A stretch of DNA of 64,000 nucleotides, from the NCBI GenBank assembly GCA_047967505.1, contig CM106538.1. One strand, given 5' to 3'. Positions 39,401-53,069 of this stretch are shown one piece after another; the stretch's first letter is position 1, and each line of letters opens with the position of its first letter. The notes beneath the pieces were generated by a model that ran no database searches, had not been told where the DNA came from, and saw only the letters and a list, made by a program, of their open reading frames with translations. The position numbers and the translations under genes were made by a program. Origin of the DNA: Dipteris shenzhenensis (taxonomy: Eukaryota).

Positions 39401-41125
39401 TCTTTGCATTCCCTCTTATATTGTTTTGTAAGGAGTGATCATTGTAAGGGCTCTTCATGCACAAGAAAAAGGTTTCTAGACTCTGTATCTTGAGACCGCA
39501 TTCTCTCTTGTCCCTTTTTCTTGAGTATATCCCATTGTAAATCTTGAGCTCATTGCCATATTGTTTTTCTAGGGTAGCAGACATTTGTTCCTTGTCATCT
39601 TTATCAGCAAATATGACTATATTACATTGTCCCACTCTACCAATGGTGGTATGTAATATTCTGTCAAGGAGTTGATAGATGTCATCTGGTGATATTTCAT
39701 AGACAAAGAAAAGCTGAGGTCTCTCCCAAGCAGTGTCGTCGGACAAAAAATCATTCAATGAAACTCCCTTGCACTCAACACTCTTTCCAGACTCTGAAAT
39801 GATTTCATGTATGAAATAAAAGCCCTTGTTCAAAGTTTTTTCTTTTCTGAGACTGTGGTTATTGATGACTTTTTGTGCATATGCATACACATTTTCCGGA
39901 ATGTCGCTTCTCATAGAGGGAGTAATTTCAGATCCATCATCTTCTACCTTCACCCATTTATGCGCCCAAGCCTTTTGTTTAGCTGACGGTAAAGCTGATG
40001 CCATCTGCCTCACAATGTTATGATCAATTTTACATTGGCTAATTGGAATATTTTTTTCTCCCAATAAATATTCAATTGCACTCTTTACTGCATCACGCTT
40101 GACCTGTTGGATAATGCAATCTTCCATGCAATGATCTTTATCCTTTTTGCCAAAAAACCATTCTTTGGACATTAATTTCTCTGGTAGGTTTCTTAAAGGC
40201 CTCCACATCCGAGCTGTCGTCTCTTTTTTCTCAATCTTCTTTGCCTTATCTTTAATCAATGATGGAGCCTCATATGTAACATCTCCTTTCTCACATGCAA
40301 GACACACGTCTTTGATCTGATGAGAAACTTCATCACTACAGAAAAGTATGCTTGTGTAGTCTTGATACCTATCCCTTACTGTCTTGAAGCTTGTAATCAC
40401 CTCTGCTCTTTCCTGCTTTCCCCTTGGTACAATGGCACTCAAGCATGTGTAGAAGTCAACAAGATTATCCGCTTCCACTTTAGTTGCAGTTCTTTTGAGA
40501 GTGGTCAAAGGAGAATTAAAAGTTTTCCATATGGTCCTAGCTTTGAGCAACATCTCTGAAGTGGAGGTGATTTTTCGTAGTGCATAAATGTCATGATTAA
40601 GTCTTTCCGACTCAATCAAATATTTTTTCTCGTTCTTGAAGATACAGATGCATGCAGAATAGTAGTGAAATTGAGGCACACTCACGAAGGTTTGATAAGT
40701 AATTTCTCCTTTCTTGTATGCATCTCTAGAGCGCTCATTACAAGCATAGGCATAGTGCTGACCATCTATTGCCTCAAATGTACAATGAGCTAAGAAATTT
40801 CTCTTGGCATCCCTTATATGTCGTTCTGGATCATTCACTGAACTCTGTCCTTCTTGAAGTGAGGGAACTTGTTTTCCGAGGAACTTAGTGAATTGCATCT
40901 CAAAATCTATAGGCTGAGAGAAATTGATGAATTGACTATAATCTCCCATGACTGGCCAAAATGTTCTTGGACGGGGTACCAAATTAGAAACAACTGGTTT
41001 TTTTCCATCAATCAAAGCCTGAAAAATCTTTTCAGCATAGGCTGTATCTAAGGTCCTACTGTTGGTGAAGACACTTGCTTTGACCACTGTTGAAGCATGT
41101 ATAACTTGAGTCTTCTGCCATATAT
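36491..41125 (-). pseudogene. 5'-truncated multi-exon gene: ParB/Srx-like DGQH region, degenerate DNA-MTase-like fold, acidic linker, two Ulp1/C48-like protease domains, TQC-repeat tail
   Basis: Exons 41125-38940, 38836-38574, 38489-38319, 38235-38146, 38052-37585, 37502-37332, 37228-37142 and 37055-36491 splice in frame with no internal stop. Introns are GT-AG except one donor reading ATAAGT at 37141. Motifs: FEAIDGQHY (40755-40766), YHENLHWSLVIVD...FVNS, KQNDDHSCGWRV; second repeat NSHWSLIVWD...FVNS, EQKDMFSSGWRI. Confidence 0.8.
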
Positions 41126-42143
41126 TGAGAGTGCTCTCAACGGAAGCAAGAACGGAAGAAGGAGAGAGAGAGACAGAGAGCCACACAAGTTTTGGTGGGT
41201 GCAGAACCACCCTAATCTTCTTTTTCATTCATTTATATATGTGTTTGAGTATTGTACATAACTGGGGTTAAGGCACAGTGACCTTTAACCCCCACAACCT
41301 CCCACTTAAAGGACAATGTGCCTTTAAGGGAGAACAACTAGTGAGCATACTATCCAATGCCCATCAATACACGACAATACTCAAACCGCTGACTAGGTAG
41401 ACTCTTCGTCAGCATATCTGCAGGGTTATCATCTGTATGAACCTTGACAAGCTCTATGCGCTTGTCCTCAAGTACCTCCCTAATGAAATGGTACCTGACC
41501 TCAATGTGTTTGGTCTTTGCATGAAAGACCGGATTCCGTGCTAACTGAATAGCACTCATGGAATCACTATGCAATGTCGATACACCTGTATGAATCCCCA
41601 AATCTCCCACTAGCCGATCAAGCCATATAGCCTCCTTGCAACCCTCTGTGGCTGCAACATACTCAGCCTCTGTGGTAGACAAAGCAACGCACTTCTGTGC
41701 GCGAGACATCCACGACACTGCACCACCTGCAAAGGTGAACACATAACCAGAAGTGGATCTCCTACTATCCACATGCCCTGCATAGTCTGAATCTATGTAC
41801 CCAAGTACACGCATGTCTCCTTTACCAAAGCAAATGCACATCTCCTTGGTACCCTTCATGTACCTCATGATGCACTTAACTGCCTCCCAATGCCTCTTTC
41901 CTGGATTAGCCATATAGCGGCTAACAACTCCCACTGCAAATGCAATGTCTGGTCTAGTAGCTATCATAGCATACATAAGACTCCCAACTGCTGATGCATA
42001 AGGAACCTTGGCCATCATGGCCCTCTCCTCATCTGATTTGGGACTATCTGTATGACTCAGTTTGACATATGGAGGCAATGGAGTACTCACTGCCTTCCCC
42101 CCCTCCATATTGAAACGCTGCAATACTTTTGTAACATACTCTT
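41126..42143 (-). mobile_element. 3' fragment of a family-B copia (RT end/RNase H, PPT, 3' LTR) that truncates the gene at 41125
   Basis: ORF 41350..42123 (PYASAVGSLMY, STTEAEY, TKHIEVRYHF). PPT AAGTGGGAGG. LTR 41126-41296 is homologous to 12771-12939 and 60493-60657. Confidence 0.92.
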
Positions 42144-43920
42144 ATCACAATGCAGTGGCATACCAGGCACTTCAAGACCTTGAGGTGGTGCCCTACATTA
42201 GATCAATTGGATTGCAGACAGTAGCGGACAAATTCTTATGCCATCTCAACTTCCGACAGGCTGTCAAATTTGTTGCCAATTACAATAAGGCAACGAGCAC
42301 TACCCACTGGATGCAAATGGATGGACAAACTCCCATGCCATCTCAACCTCCGATAGGCTATCGAATTTGTTGCCATTTACAATAAGGCAACGAGCACAAC
42401 ACGCTGGATGCATGCGAATGGAGAGTACCACTTTTACTACTTTACGATAGAGACAATCTAGCGGGCGATCAACTTATCCTCAATCTCCCAATCATTTTAG
42501 AAGTTGCACACGATGGAAAAGAGGCTGGCGACAATGGTCCCCTACAACTCCAAGATCCATCGGGGAGGGGTACCCATTAATTTGATCGAGAATTAGCACT
42601 AAGGCAGTCCGAGCAGTCACACTACTAGCACCGGGGAGGGGTACCCATTAATTTGATCGAGATTTAGCAACTAGCCAAGGTAGTCTGACATAGCACCATT
42701 CGGTTGTCCTCCCTAACTTTTGGATACGTCTCTACAAGCTTGAGCCTACAAACTAGGCTGATTTTTTCTATCAGGAAACAATTGGTATTTGCTCCCACTG
42801 TGAGAAGATAGGGAATCCCATGTTCTTGAAGCCCATCATCCATCACCTCTCCACTGACCCGATCATAGAAGGTTATGGTGATGCAGATAGAGACATCGGT
42901 TTACTCTCGCCCCCAGGTCTACGCCCTCAAAGAGGAGAAAAGAGGAACAAACTCAGAAGGCGCAAGAAGAAGCGACAACCAAAAGACTCCAAGAAGAGGA
43001 GACAGCTCCCAAGCTCCAAGAAGAAGAGGAAGCCCGACATGAAAGAGCGGCAGCTAAGAAAAAGCAACAAGAACTCCTCAGGCAGCAAGTAGAACTTGAA
43101 AGGCTCCAAGCAGAAGAAGAATGAAAAAAAAAGCTATTGAAGCACTTGAACGTAGGCAATGGGAGCCAAGGTTGAAAAGACCCACCAGCCCAGGGGAGAA
43201 TATTACAGACTTAACTCAAGATTCCCAAGAGCCAAACTGCTTGCCACAGACTCAGCAGAGCCAGCAGCCAAACCCACCATCACAGACTCAGTAAACAACA
43301 GGAACTCTGGAATAGCCAACCTCCAACCTCCATTCCTTCCTAATGTGTATCAATAGCAATGGAATATTGTACATCAAGTGCATACACCTCTATGGAAGGA
43401 TATCAGAATCTCATGCAGCAAGATAGGGATTTGGATGTGAAAGAGATGGTGTTCATGCAATCCATGGCACCGCCCTCACAACTGCTACACAAAATGTTCT
43501 CCATCGATGCCAAGATGACTTCTGATGCTAGTACCTGGGGGTAGTATAGACCACACACAAGCTCTAGCAAATAGAGGTTGCCCTTGTGAAGGAGAAGGCT
43601 GACCACCTTATGGTAGAAGCCACTGGGCTTCAAACAGTGGAGACAACCAAAAAGTTGGAACCAGAGCTACTGCTGAGATGCAAGAGGCCCTCGCCACCGA
43701 ACAATCTCGCATGAACACCCTCTAGGTGGACTTCCATTACAAGGATAGGCTACCATAGATCAACCAATAGCATGCCCGGGTCATGGAGGAGAAACATGCA
43801 TTAGAGCTCCAAGTTCAGCAACAGGCCACCCTAATTGAGCTTTTACGTGCAGCTACCCAGCGAGTGCCAAACAACAAGAGCAGCAACTACTCGTAATCTA
43901 GGTAGACCTGCAGGTGGCCT
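42144..43920 (+). other. Decayed coding-like remnant with a charged coiled-coil part, probably a retroelement accessory ORF
   Basis: YHNAVAYQALQDLEVVPYIRSIG...VKFVANYNKA, followed by E/K/Q-rich frames. Short internal duplications near 42270/42365 and 42561/42632. Confidence 0.35.
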
Positions 43921-46900
43921 AGACATCTCCCCCTCCAACACAAGAACCAAGACTTCTCCATGACAGGTGTTGGGGTAAAGGGCAGTGTGCCCACCCACTT
44001 GTACAGTGCCCATGTATACTCATATATGTATGATAGAGGAATAAGCTGGAGTAGCTTTTGCTTCACCCTATACGGTGTCCCTTATCCCTCCCTGAGTGCT
44101 CCCTCTTCCCCCTCAACTGGTATCAGAGCTGCTGGCCATTGAGCTTGTGGAGCGACCGATTGCTACAGTTGTTGTAGCCGTGGTGGATAAGGAAGGAGGT
44201 GGTACTGTTATCTCGACTGCTGGCACTTGGAGGTCTGTAGATGTTAGCTGCTGTAGTCCGGTCGGTTGGACGAAGTGTCTTGTTGGCCTTGCCTTGGTCG
44301 ATGGAGAGAGGCTTGCTGAGCCGGGTCTATGAAGGCACTTGACGCTGCTAGCTGAGTTGGAAGAATCACGGCAACTATGGATCGGCTGGGAGTTTTGGTA
44401 CATCCATTGTGAGCAGTCGGGTTCTTTGTTGTGTGAATGCTGGAAGCATCGAAGCCCATGCTGTGTGCTTCGTTGAAGGAGGCGAATTGCTTGAAGGCGG
44501 GGCTGTAGAGTCCATTGCTTTGCTGTGAGGTTGATGGAGCTGGTCATTTGCTATCCGAGGGCACCTTGGAGCTCATTGGAGCTGCTAAGGTCATAAGGAG
44601 CTTAATGGCAGCTATTTAGGTGTCATGGGCAGCTAGTAGATAGGCATCAAGAGCAATTGCTGCTGCTATTCTGTGAGCCAGGAGTCGGTTGGTGAGCAAC
44701 TTCTTTGGCGTAGGAGACCGTGAAGGAGTGCTGGAGAGCTGCATATGCAACTTGTGATGGAGTAGATAGGAGAAGAGATGTGAGCAAAGGAACAAGAGCA
44801 TCCCAGCACTAGCAGCAACTCCATCCCGTGAGCAAAGGAAGAGCAGCCCAGTGATAGCAACAACATCCACTTTAGAGAAGAAGAGTGAGTTCTTTGTTTT
44901 TAGTCTGGAAATCTGACAGTATTTCAGACAGTAAAAGTGAGCAGAATGCCATTTTCGACAGCAAGTATTTGCAAATCCATAAGGATTTAGGCTTTGTGCC
45001 CAACAGAGGAGTCAGAGAACTTTGGAAGAACTTTGGAAGGGCTATGTTTTCTCTGTTGACAGCTCGGTCATCCGAGTTTACAGTACAGAGTTATTTACTG
45101 TCCAAAATAGGGACAGTTTGATGATCAGTGTGCAGACAGCCATTTTGCAGACTGTATATCTTTGACAGTGGTACATGCCTGGTTGAGATGCATTGACAGT
45201 TCGTTGGATGCATGGTTATTTGCCCATGTTGGATACATACGGTGGTACGGTGATATATTGAGATCATGTCAGATTAGCATTGTAGGAGCACATTTCAGGG
45301 TGTTTTGCCAGTGCTTTTGGGCTATTTTATTGCTGATCTGCGAGCATTCTCGGGGCTGATTTGGTTGGGCATTGTACTTGCCATTTTGCTGATGTTGTAG
45401 TTGACATATGGGGTGATCTGTTGGATGTATTTTGACCATTTTTGGGGCTGTTTTTTGCTGGAGCAGATGAGTGCTGTAAAGGGCAGCAAACATTCAAGGA
45501 AGCTGCTGTTACTGTTTTTATGACAAAACAGTCATTTTCAGGACTGAATATCTCTTTCTTGGTGCGGAATTGCACTTTGTGCCGAACCGGAAAGCTGTAG
45601 TTCACAGAACATACTACAACTTTGCTTTTGGAAGCAAGTTGATCCGGTATAAGCTGCAAGAGTTACAGCCTCTGCAAAACCACAAAAAGTTGCAATCTAC
45701 TGTCTATTTGTGACCAATGTGCAGGAAGCTGTTTTTCAGGTGAGAATATCTGAGAATCCACAAGGATTTGGCTCTTGAGGTCAACTGACAAGTTGTAGAT
45801 CTTTCTACCAGCTACAACTTTTCTGTTTACAGCTTTGGCATCCGGTCTTTCAGTGAAAGATAGGGACAGCGTGTTATTTTGCCCAAAGTGGCTGTGAGGT
45901 ATTGTTGTAGGAATTTCTCTTGCACAACAGTGAATTGGGAACTCACAGTAAATTACAGAAAGTGATTGGGATCTCACTTCAGTCCAAGGGCATTATTGGC
46001 ATTTTGGCAAGTCACTTTGGCACATTTGGCAAGTGGTGAATGCTTGATTTTGTTGCAAAAGGATTGCGCACTTGAGGTGATGCATTGGTGATGCAGTAAA
46101 TGCCATTTCGATGCATTATGGATTTGCATTGGTGGATGCCGCACTGATGTTTATGGATAGCTGAGCTGGGCTCCTATTGCCATTGGTTGAGCAGGCATTG
46201 CTCATTTGGTTCAGTGCATTTCTTACCTGGATTGCCAGGCATTGGCGGGCTGCATATATTCTTGTTTATGCCTCTTTATGGCTGAGTGCTTTTGAGCATT
46301 GGATCAGCCAGTTTATTTGGAGACCTGATTGGTCTAGACAACACTATATTTTTTGGTCATTTGGGTTGCCTATTGCACTATACTGCTCTTTGGTTGTGAG
46401 CTATTGTGCCACAGATATGGCATCTACAACTGGTAGTGCCCTCTTTGATATTGAGAGGTTGGATGGATCAAACTTTCAGTATTGGAAAGAGCAGATTTAT
46501 GATCTGTTAGTGCAGAAGAGGCAGCATAAGCCCATTCAATGCAAAGGTGTCAAGCCTAATAGCATTAAACAGAGTGATTGGGATGACATGGATGAGCAAG
46601 CATGCTCTATCATTCAGTCATCACTCTCGAAGTCAGTCTACTTGCAGGTACAGGATGGTGTACAGGGTGTAGACTGCCATGCATATGAGTTCTATACTCG
46701 TATATACCGGATGTATGACCATGATAGTGTTATGTTATAGCATGATGGGTTGAAATGTCCTGATGGGCTGAAATATAGCCTTGATATGCACTCCAGAGGT
46801 AGATCAATTGGTAGAAACAGGTCATGTTCAAGGGGGAATTCCAAGAGCAAGTCTAGCTCTCAGACTTGTGTTAGATGTTTCTGTTGTGGAAAGTATGGCC

Positions 46901-47612
46901 ACATGAAAAAAAATTGCTGGAAATGGCTGAGAAAATACAAGAAGAAGAACAAGGTTAAGAATGACAGGAAGAAAGAGAAGAAGCATGTTGAGCTTCAAGG
47001 CGTGGATGCCAGGGTTTCCACTGACAGTAGCAGTGATGAAGGCATTCTTTTGTCTATGTCTGACACCTTCTTCTTGGCCACTAATGTACCCATTCTTGGT
47101 GATTGGATGTTAGATCCATGTGCTTCATGTCATATGACCCCTCATAGGTCATGGTTCAGTGCATATCAGGAATGCATTGTGGAGAGTGGTTTAATGGGCA
47201 TTGATCATTCTATGGATGTCTATGGTTATGGGGATATCCACCTTGTTATGCCTAGTGGCTCTATTCTTGTTCTACAGAGGGTTAGAGATATACTAGGACT
47301 TGCTACAAGCAAGATCAGTACTGGACAATTGATTGAGGCAGGTTATGATGTCTCTTTGGGTGATCATGCATGGAAGATTGCTAGAGGCAATCTGGTTATG
47401 GCTAGAGGATAACGGGTTGGACTCTCTTATGCATTGCATGTATCAGGTGTCTAGGATAAGATGCTTATGATTAGTAAGTAGCCATCAGTTTGTTTATGGT
47501 ATGCCAGACTTGGACATATGTCTACTGCAGGTATGGAAGCCCTTACAACATTGAGATACATTCCTGTTATGGATGTCTCTCAAATTTAATGTCATGATTA
47601 TGATGATGATCA

Positions 47613-50600
47613 TGTAAAGAGTAAGGGAGAGAGATAGGAGACTCAAGTTCAGCTTTCTTCACAACACACAAAAGAGAGAGGACACAAGGTTGGAGGGTGA
47701 AGCCTTTCTTCACTTTTGCACACAACAACAATACAATAGAAGAGGGAAATATCCTATATGTCAAACCCTGGAATACGTGGTTCATATGTGAACCCAAACC
47801 AAAAACATACGTGGTAGTCTAACTACACCACGAGTACAATTAACATAGGCGGTGACATAAATGATAGTCATCCAGGAGATGTATCGTGGGTAGAGCTTGA
47901 TATCTCAACACTCCCCCTCAAGCTCAAATCCATCTCACGTACACCAAGCAAGCTCCTAAATCTGCGAAGCTTCTCGGTACCCAATGCCTTCGTAAAAATA
48001 TCAGCCACCTGCTCCTCAGTGCTGACATAGACAAGATCAATCTCACCAGCTAGAACCTTCTCTCTCACAAAGTGATAATGCACCTCAATGTGCTTCGTTC
48101 TAGCATGATAAACTGGGTTATTAGCAAGCATGATGCTGCTAATGTTGTCACAATGAATGACAATTGCTGCATGAATTGACTGTCCCATATCTGCAAGTAG
48201 CTTCCGTAACCAAGCTACTTTACATGCAGCCATTGTTGCACCCCTGTACTCAGCCTCTGTGCTCGACAAGGCAACTGTTGGCTGCTTCTTGCTGCTCCAA
48301 CTGATGGCACCACTCCCAAGGGAAAACATAAAACCACTAGTAGATCTCCTGTCTGAGACAGTACCAGCCCAGTCAGCATCTGTGTATCCATGTACCTGTA
48401 ATGCACACCCAGCTTCATAAAACAGTCCATAATGCAATGTGGACTTCACATACCGTAGTATGCGCCTAGCCGCATCCAAATGTGGCTTCCTCGGTGCCTG
48501 CATAAACTGACTCACCAGCCTCACAGCATAGCTCAAATCTGGTCTGGTTATAGTCATGTAAATCAAGCTACCTACTATGCGCCTGTACATAGTAATATCT
48601 TCAAGAAGCTCACCTGTCTTTGCATTGAGCTTCACATTCTGCTCCAATGGAACAGAGATAGGCTTACAGCCTGTCATCCCATATTTGGACAGCATGTCCA
48701 AACCGTATTGCCTTTGCAACAGCCATATCCCACTCGGGGATCTAATAACCTCAATGCCCAAGAAGTAACGCAGCTCTCCCAAATCCTTCATCTCAAATTT
48801 TTGCTTCAACAGCAACTTCACTTCATTAATGTCTGCATCACTATCACCTGTAATAATCAAGTCATCAACATAGATGACCACAAGCACAATCCCTCTGTTT
48901 GTTCTTTTCACATAAAGTGAAAAATCTGAATTGGAAATCTGAAATCCAATAGTGACAAGATATTGCCCTATCTTGTCTGACCATGCCCTCGGCGCCTGTT
49001 TTAAGCCATACAAGGCTTTGCGCAACCTGCATACAAAATCGAGGTGTGAATTATCCTCATAACCTTCTGGCTGCATCATATAAACCTCTTCCTGCAAATC
49101 ACCATGCAAGAAGGCATTTTTCACATCCATCTGATGCAAAGACCATCCCTTTGCAGCAGCCATAGCAATTACTGCTCTCACGGTTGCCATCCTTGCAACT
49201 GGGCTGAAAGTTTCCTTATAGTCAATTCCATATGTCTGCGCAAAACCTTTGGCAACCAATCTTGCCTTGTACCTGCTAACAGACCCATCAGCATTGTGCT
49301 TTACTTTGTAAACCCACTTGCAGCCAATAGCCTTCTTATCATGAGGCAAAGGCATCAAATCCCAAGTGTGGTTTGCATCCAAGGCAGCCATCTCTTCATA
49401 CATAGCTGCTTCCCAATTTTTATGCCCTGCTGCATCCTCAAAACATGTGGGCTCTGGCTCCTCTAGAACCTTGACCATATAAGCATAGTGATGTGCTGTA
49501 TACCCATCATATCTCAGCCTGTCAACTGGATACTTAATACGAGTGGATCTCCATACAACTGGATCAGTTGCAGGAGTCTTTAAATCATGCCTGCTTTTCC
49601 TTGCACCAGGTGTAACAACAGAAGGAATCCCAAGTTCCTCATCAAGGCTCATTTCAGAGCCGCTTGACTCTCCATCAACATGAGAGCTACCAGCAGACAC
49701 ATCAAACACTGGAGCATGGTCTACTTTTTCTTTTCCCTTATGTGATACCTGCACAACACTATCAGGGCTGCCATGTGACGATTCACTAGATCTCAATCTC
49801 CCTGTCCATGCATTAGATCCACTAGTAGAGGACTCTCTGGGTCCACTCAAGGCTTGAGATTGCTGCTCTGCATTTATTGCAGCATTCCCATTTCCTGCAT
49901 CTACATCTCCTACCATAACAGTTGGTGCATACCAGCTGCTCATTTCATCAAAAACAACATCTCTGCTCACTTGCATTTTGCGGGTGGAAGGGTTATAACA
50001 GCGATACCCTTTTTGGTGCAGAGCATATCCAATAAAGATGCATTTTTCTGCCTTTGGATCCAGCTTTGTTCTCTTCTCATCAGGAACATGAACATAAGCT
50101 ATGCAACCAAATACCTTCAAGTGAGAAATATCTAGTTTTTGGCCTGTATACATTTCTTCAGGCGTCATGCCATGGACAGCTGCAATGAGGGTTCTGTTCA
50201 TAATATAAACAGCAGTTGCTACTGCTTCAGCCCAAAAATAATCAGGCATGTTTTTCTCATTTAGGATCGCCCGTCCTACTTCTGCAATATGCCTGTTCTT
50301 CCTTTCTTCTGCAACCCCATTCTGCTGAGGGGTAGACCTGCATGAGTACTTCCTTTGAATTCCCTGTTCTTTTAGATATTCACAAAATTCTTCTGAAAAG
50401 TACTCTCCCCCTCCATCAGATCTTAGCACTTTAATATGCACACCTTTCTCTTTTTCAACCATGGCCTTAAAAACCTTGAAATGGCTGAACACTTCACTTT
50501 TGTGCTTCATAAAATAAATCCACACCTTCCTAGTGTAGTCATCAATAAACGTCACATAATAATGGCATCCACCAATAGAAGCAGCTTTGGTTGTCCAAAC

Positions 50601-53069
50601 GTCTGAATGGATCACTTCCAAAGGTCTTCTGCTCACCTTAGCATTTTTGGGAAATGCATGTCCGGCCTGCTTACCCATTTGGCATGCTTCACATACCTTT
50701 TGCATTCCGTCAACTCTGAATTTAGGCAAACCTGCAACAATGTTTTTCGTTTGCATAGATTTCAGCCTTTGTATATTCACGTGCCCAATGCGCTTGTGCC
50801 ATATCTCAATATCTGCAATGACACCTCTCCCATGCGCAAACATAGCAGCTTTCACCTCAGGCATATCAACATCCAAGGTGAACATTCTTCCATTTTTGTT
50901 GCCTTTCGCAACCAAGCGGCATTTATTTTTCAAGTCCTCAACAAAGCATCCATCAGGATTAAATCTAACCTGCAGACCTTGCTCAACCATCTGGCCAACT
51001 GAAACTAGGTTCTTAGTGATTTTTGGGACATGAAGTACATCTGCCAAGTACTTCGTTTTGCCATCTTGCATAGCCAAGTACTTCGTTTTGCCATCTTGCA
51101 TAGCCAATGGCACTTTACCAACCTGCGTAATTGGGTGCGCAGTATCATCACCTGTTTCAACATAACCTGGCTTATCCAAATTTCTAACATCATGAAACCA
51201 CTCACCATGACTGGTCATGTGGTTAGAGGCACCTGAATCAACATACCAAACATCATTGCAAGCTGCAGCATCTCCTGACATGGAGTTAACCATATGCTGC
51301 ATCACAAAAAGGTGCTCATTTCTGTCGTCACCATGCCCACTTGATGATGCATAGTTGCTTTGCTGCAACTTCCCACTTTTGATGTCATTCTGCTTTTTAT
51401 AGCATGTATTCTCCTCGTGTCTAGGCTTTCCACAATAATAGCATTCTGTGCTGCTATTTACTTGCTGGTTCCTTTGCCATGAACCACGGCCTCTTTGGCT
51501 CCCCCTGCCTCTAGAACTACCACGTCCTCCTCCATAGGACTGGTTTTCCTGTTGTTGCTGTTGGTTCTGATTTCCTGCACGGCCACCAAAATGGCCTCTT
51601 CCTCTACCTCTGCCTCTACCTGTATTCGAGTAGAAAGCAGTCTCTTGAGAAGTTGAGGTGGCTGAACCACCATTCCTTTGCTCTTCACTCAGCAAGAGAG
51701 TAATAAGTTCCTGAAAATCAGGAAATGTTTCACGGACTCCAATGGATGTCCGAAACTGTGCATAATCTTTCCCAAGACCATTCAAGGTCACGGACACTAA
51801 GTCCTCATCATCAACAGGTGCTCCAATGGAGGCAAGAGAATCTGCAAGGCCTTTCACCTTCAAGGAATACTCATTTATATTCATATTTTTCCTTTGCACA
51901 TTGTGCAACTCCTGCTTTAGCTGCATCTTTCGTGCTTTGGTATTTGTGCTATACAGCTTCACCAATGTATCCCATGCCTCCTTAGGCGTCTCTAGATCCT
52001 ATATATGCACAATCATAGAATCTGAAATGCTAATAGATAGCCAATACAGGCATTTTCTGGCTTTTTCATGCCATTCTTTAAAGGCCTTCAATTCAGCAGG
52101 AGTGGGAGTAGCACCCAAAACTGGTTCTGCAGTTTCACCACTGATGTACTCCCAAACTCCCTTTCCCATAAGGAAGTTTGTCATCCTGAACTTCCATGCT
52201 TGGAAGTTGTTCTTGTCAAGCTTCTCACTGACAATGGTAGATAGATTCTTAGACATTTTACAAATCACGAATTGCAACAGCAACCTGTAAGCACAGCAAA
52301 TGTCTCACAAGGGCAAATAGCAAAACTTCTACAAAAAGCCTCACAGGGGCAGATCTGCAACACTGACGAAAGTGGTATTTCACCACACAGTCACTTCCTA
52401 GTGACGATTTTGCATCAACAGGCAACAGGCATGAATCTGCAACTCCCAATATCTCTGCACACAGGCATACGATGCAATTTCTGTGGCACCTTTCCATCGA
52501 CTAGCCGCGCAGCAGTGGTCGCACAGCGAAAAACAGGGCCTTTTTCTGAGTGCCTGCGAAGAACTTCCGCCTTCAAAACGGGCCCCGAAACGGCCACACC
52601 GCGAAGGGCCTCTCAATCTGAAACAGTGCACTCCTGCACTTCTGGCTGTGCTACTTGTAGAGATTTGCTCCCAAACTCGAAATAGGAAAGCAACACTGGT
52701 CCTCTTACCAGGACACCACAAACTTGGCTTGCTTTCTTGAGCTCCTTACCACGAACAAGGCTCTGATACCATGTAAAGGGTAAGGGAGAGAGATAGGAGA
52801 ATCAAGTTCAGCTTTCTTCACAACACACAAAAGAGAGAGGACACAAGGTTGGAGGGTGAAGCCTTTCTTCACTTTTGCACACAACAACAATACAATAGAA
52901 GAGGGAAATACCCTATATGTCAAACCCTGGAATACGTGGTTCATATGTGAACCCAAACCAAAAACATACGTGGTAGTCTAACTACACCACGAGTACAACT
53001 AACATAGGCGCTGACATAAATGATAGTCATCTAGGAGATGTATCATGGGTAGAGCTTGATATCTCAACA
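47613..53069 (-). mobile_element. Young, near-intact Ty1/copia element (copia E)
   Basis: 298-bp LTRs at 52772-53069 and 47613-47910 (about 7 mismatches by eye). TSD GATCA at 47608-47612 and 53070-53074. PBS 52760-52771, PPT 47911-47920. Confidence 0.98.
47868..52256 (-). pseudogene. copia E gag-pol, single frame interrupted by one TAG (51999-52001)
   Basis: MSKNLSTIVSEKLDKNNFQAW...MIVHI*DLETPKEAW continues into the 1365-aa ORF with PR, IN, RT and RH motifs. Confidence 0.95.

Noticed and set aside
41126-41228. N-terminus MKKKIRVVLHPPKL... of the 764-aa ORF
   Set aside because: It is translated LTR sequence; the true start of the gene is missing.
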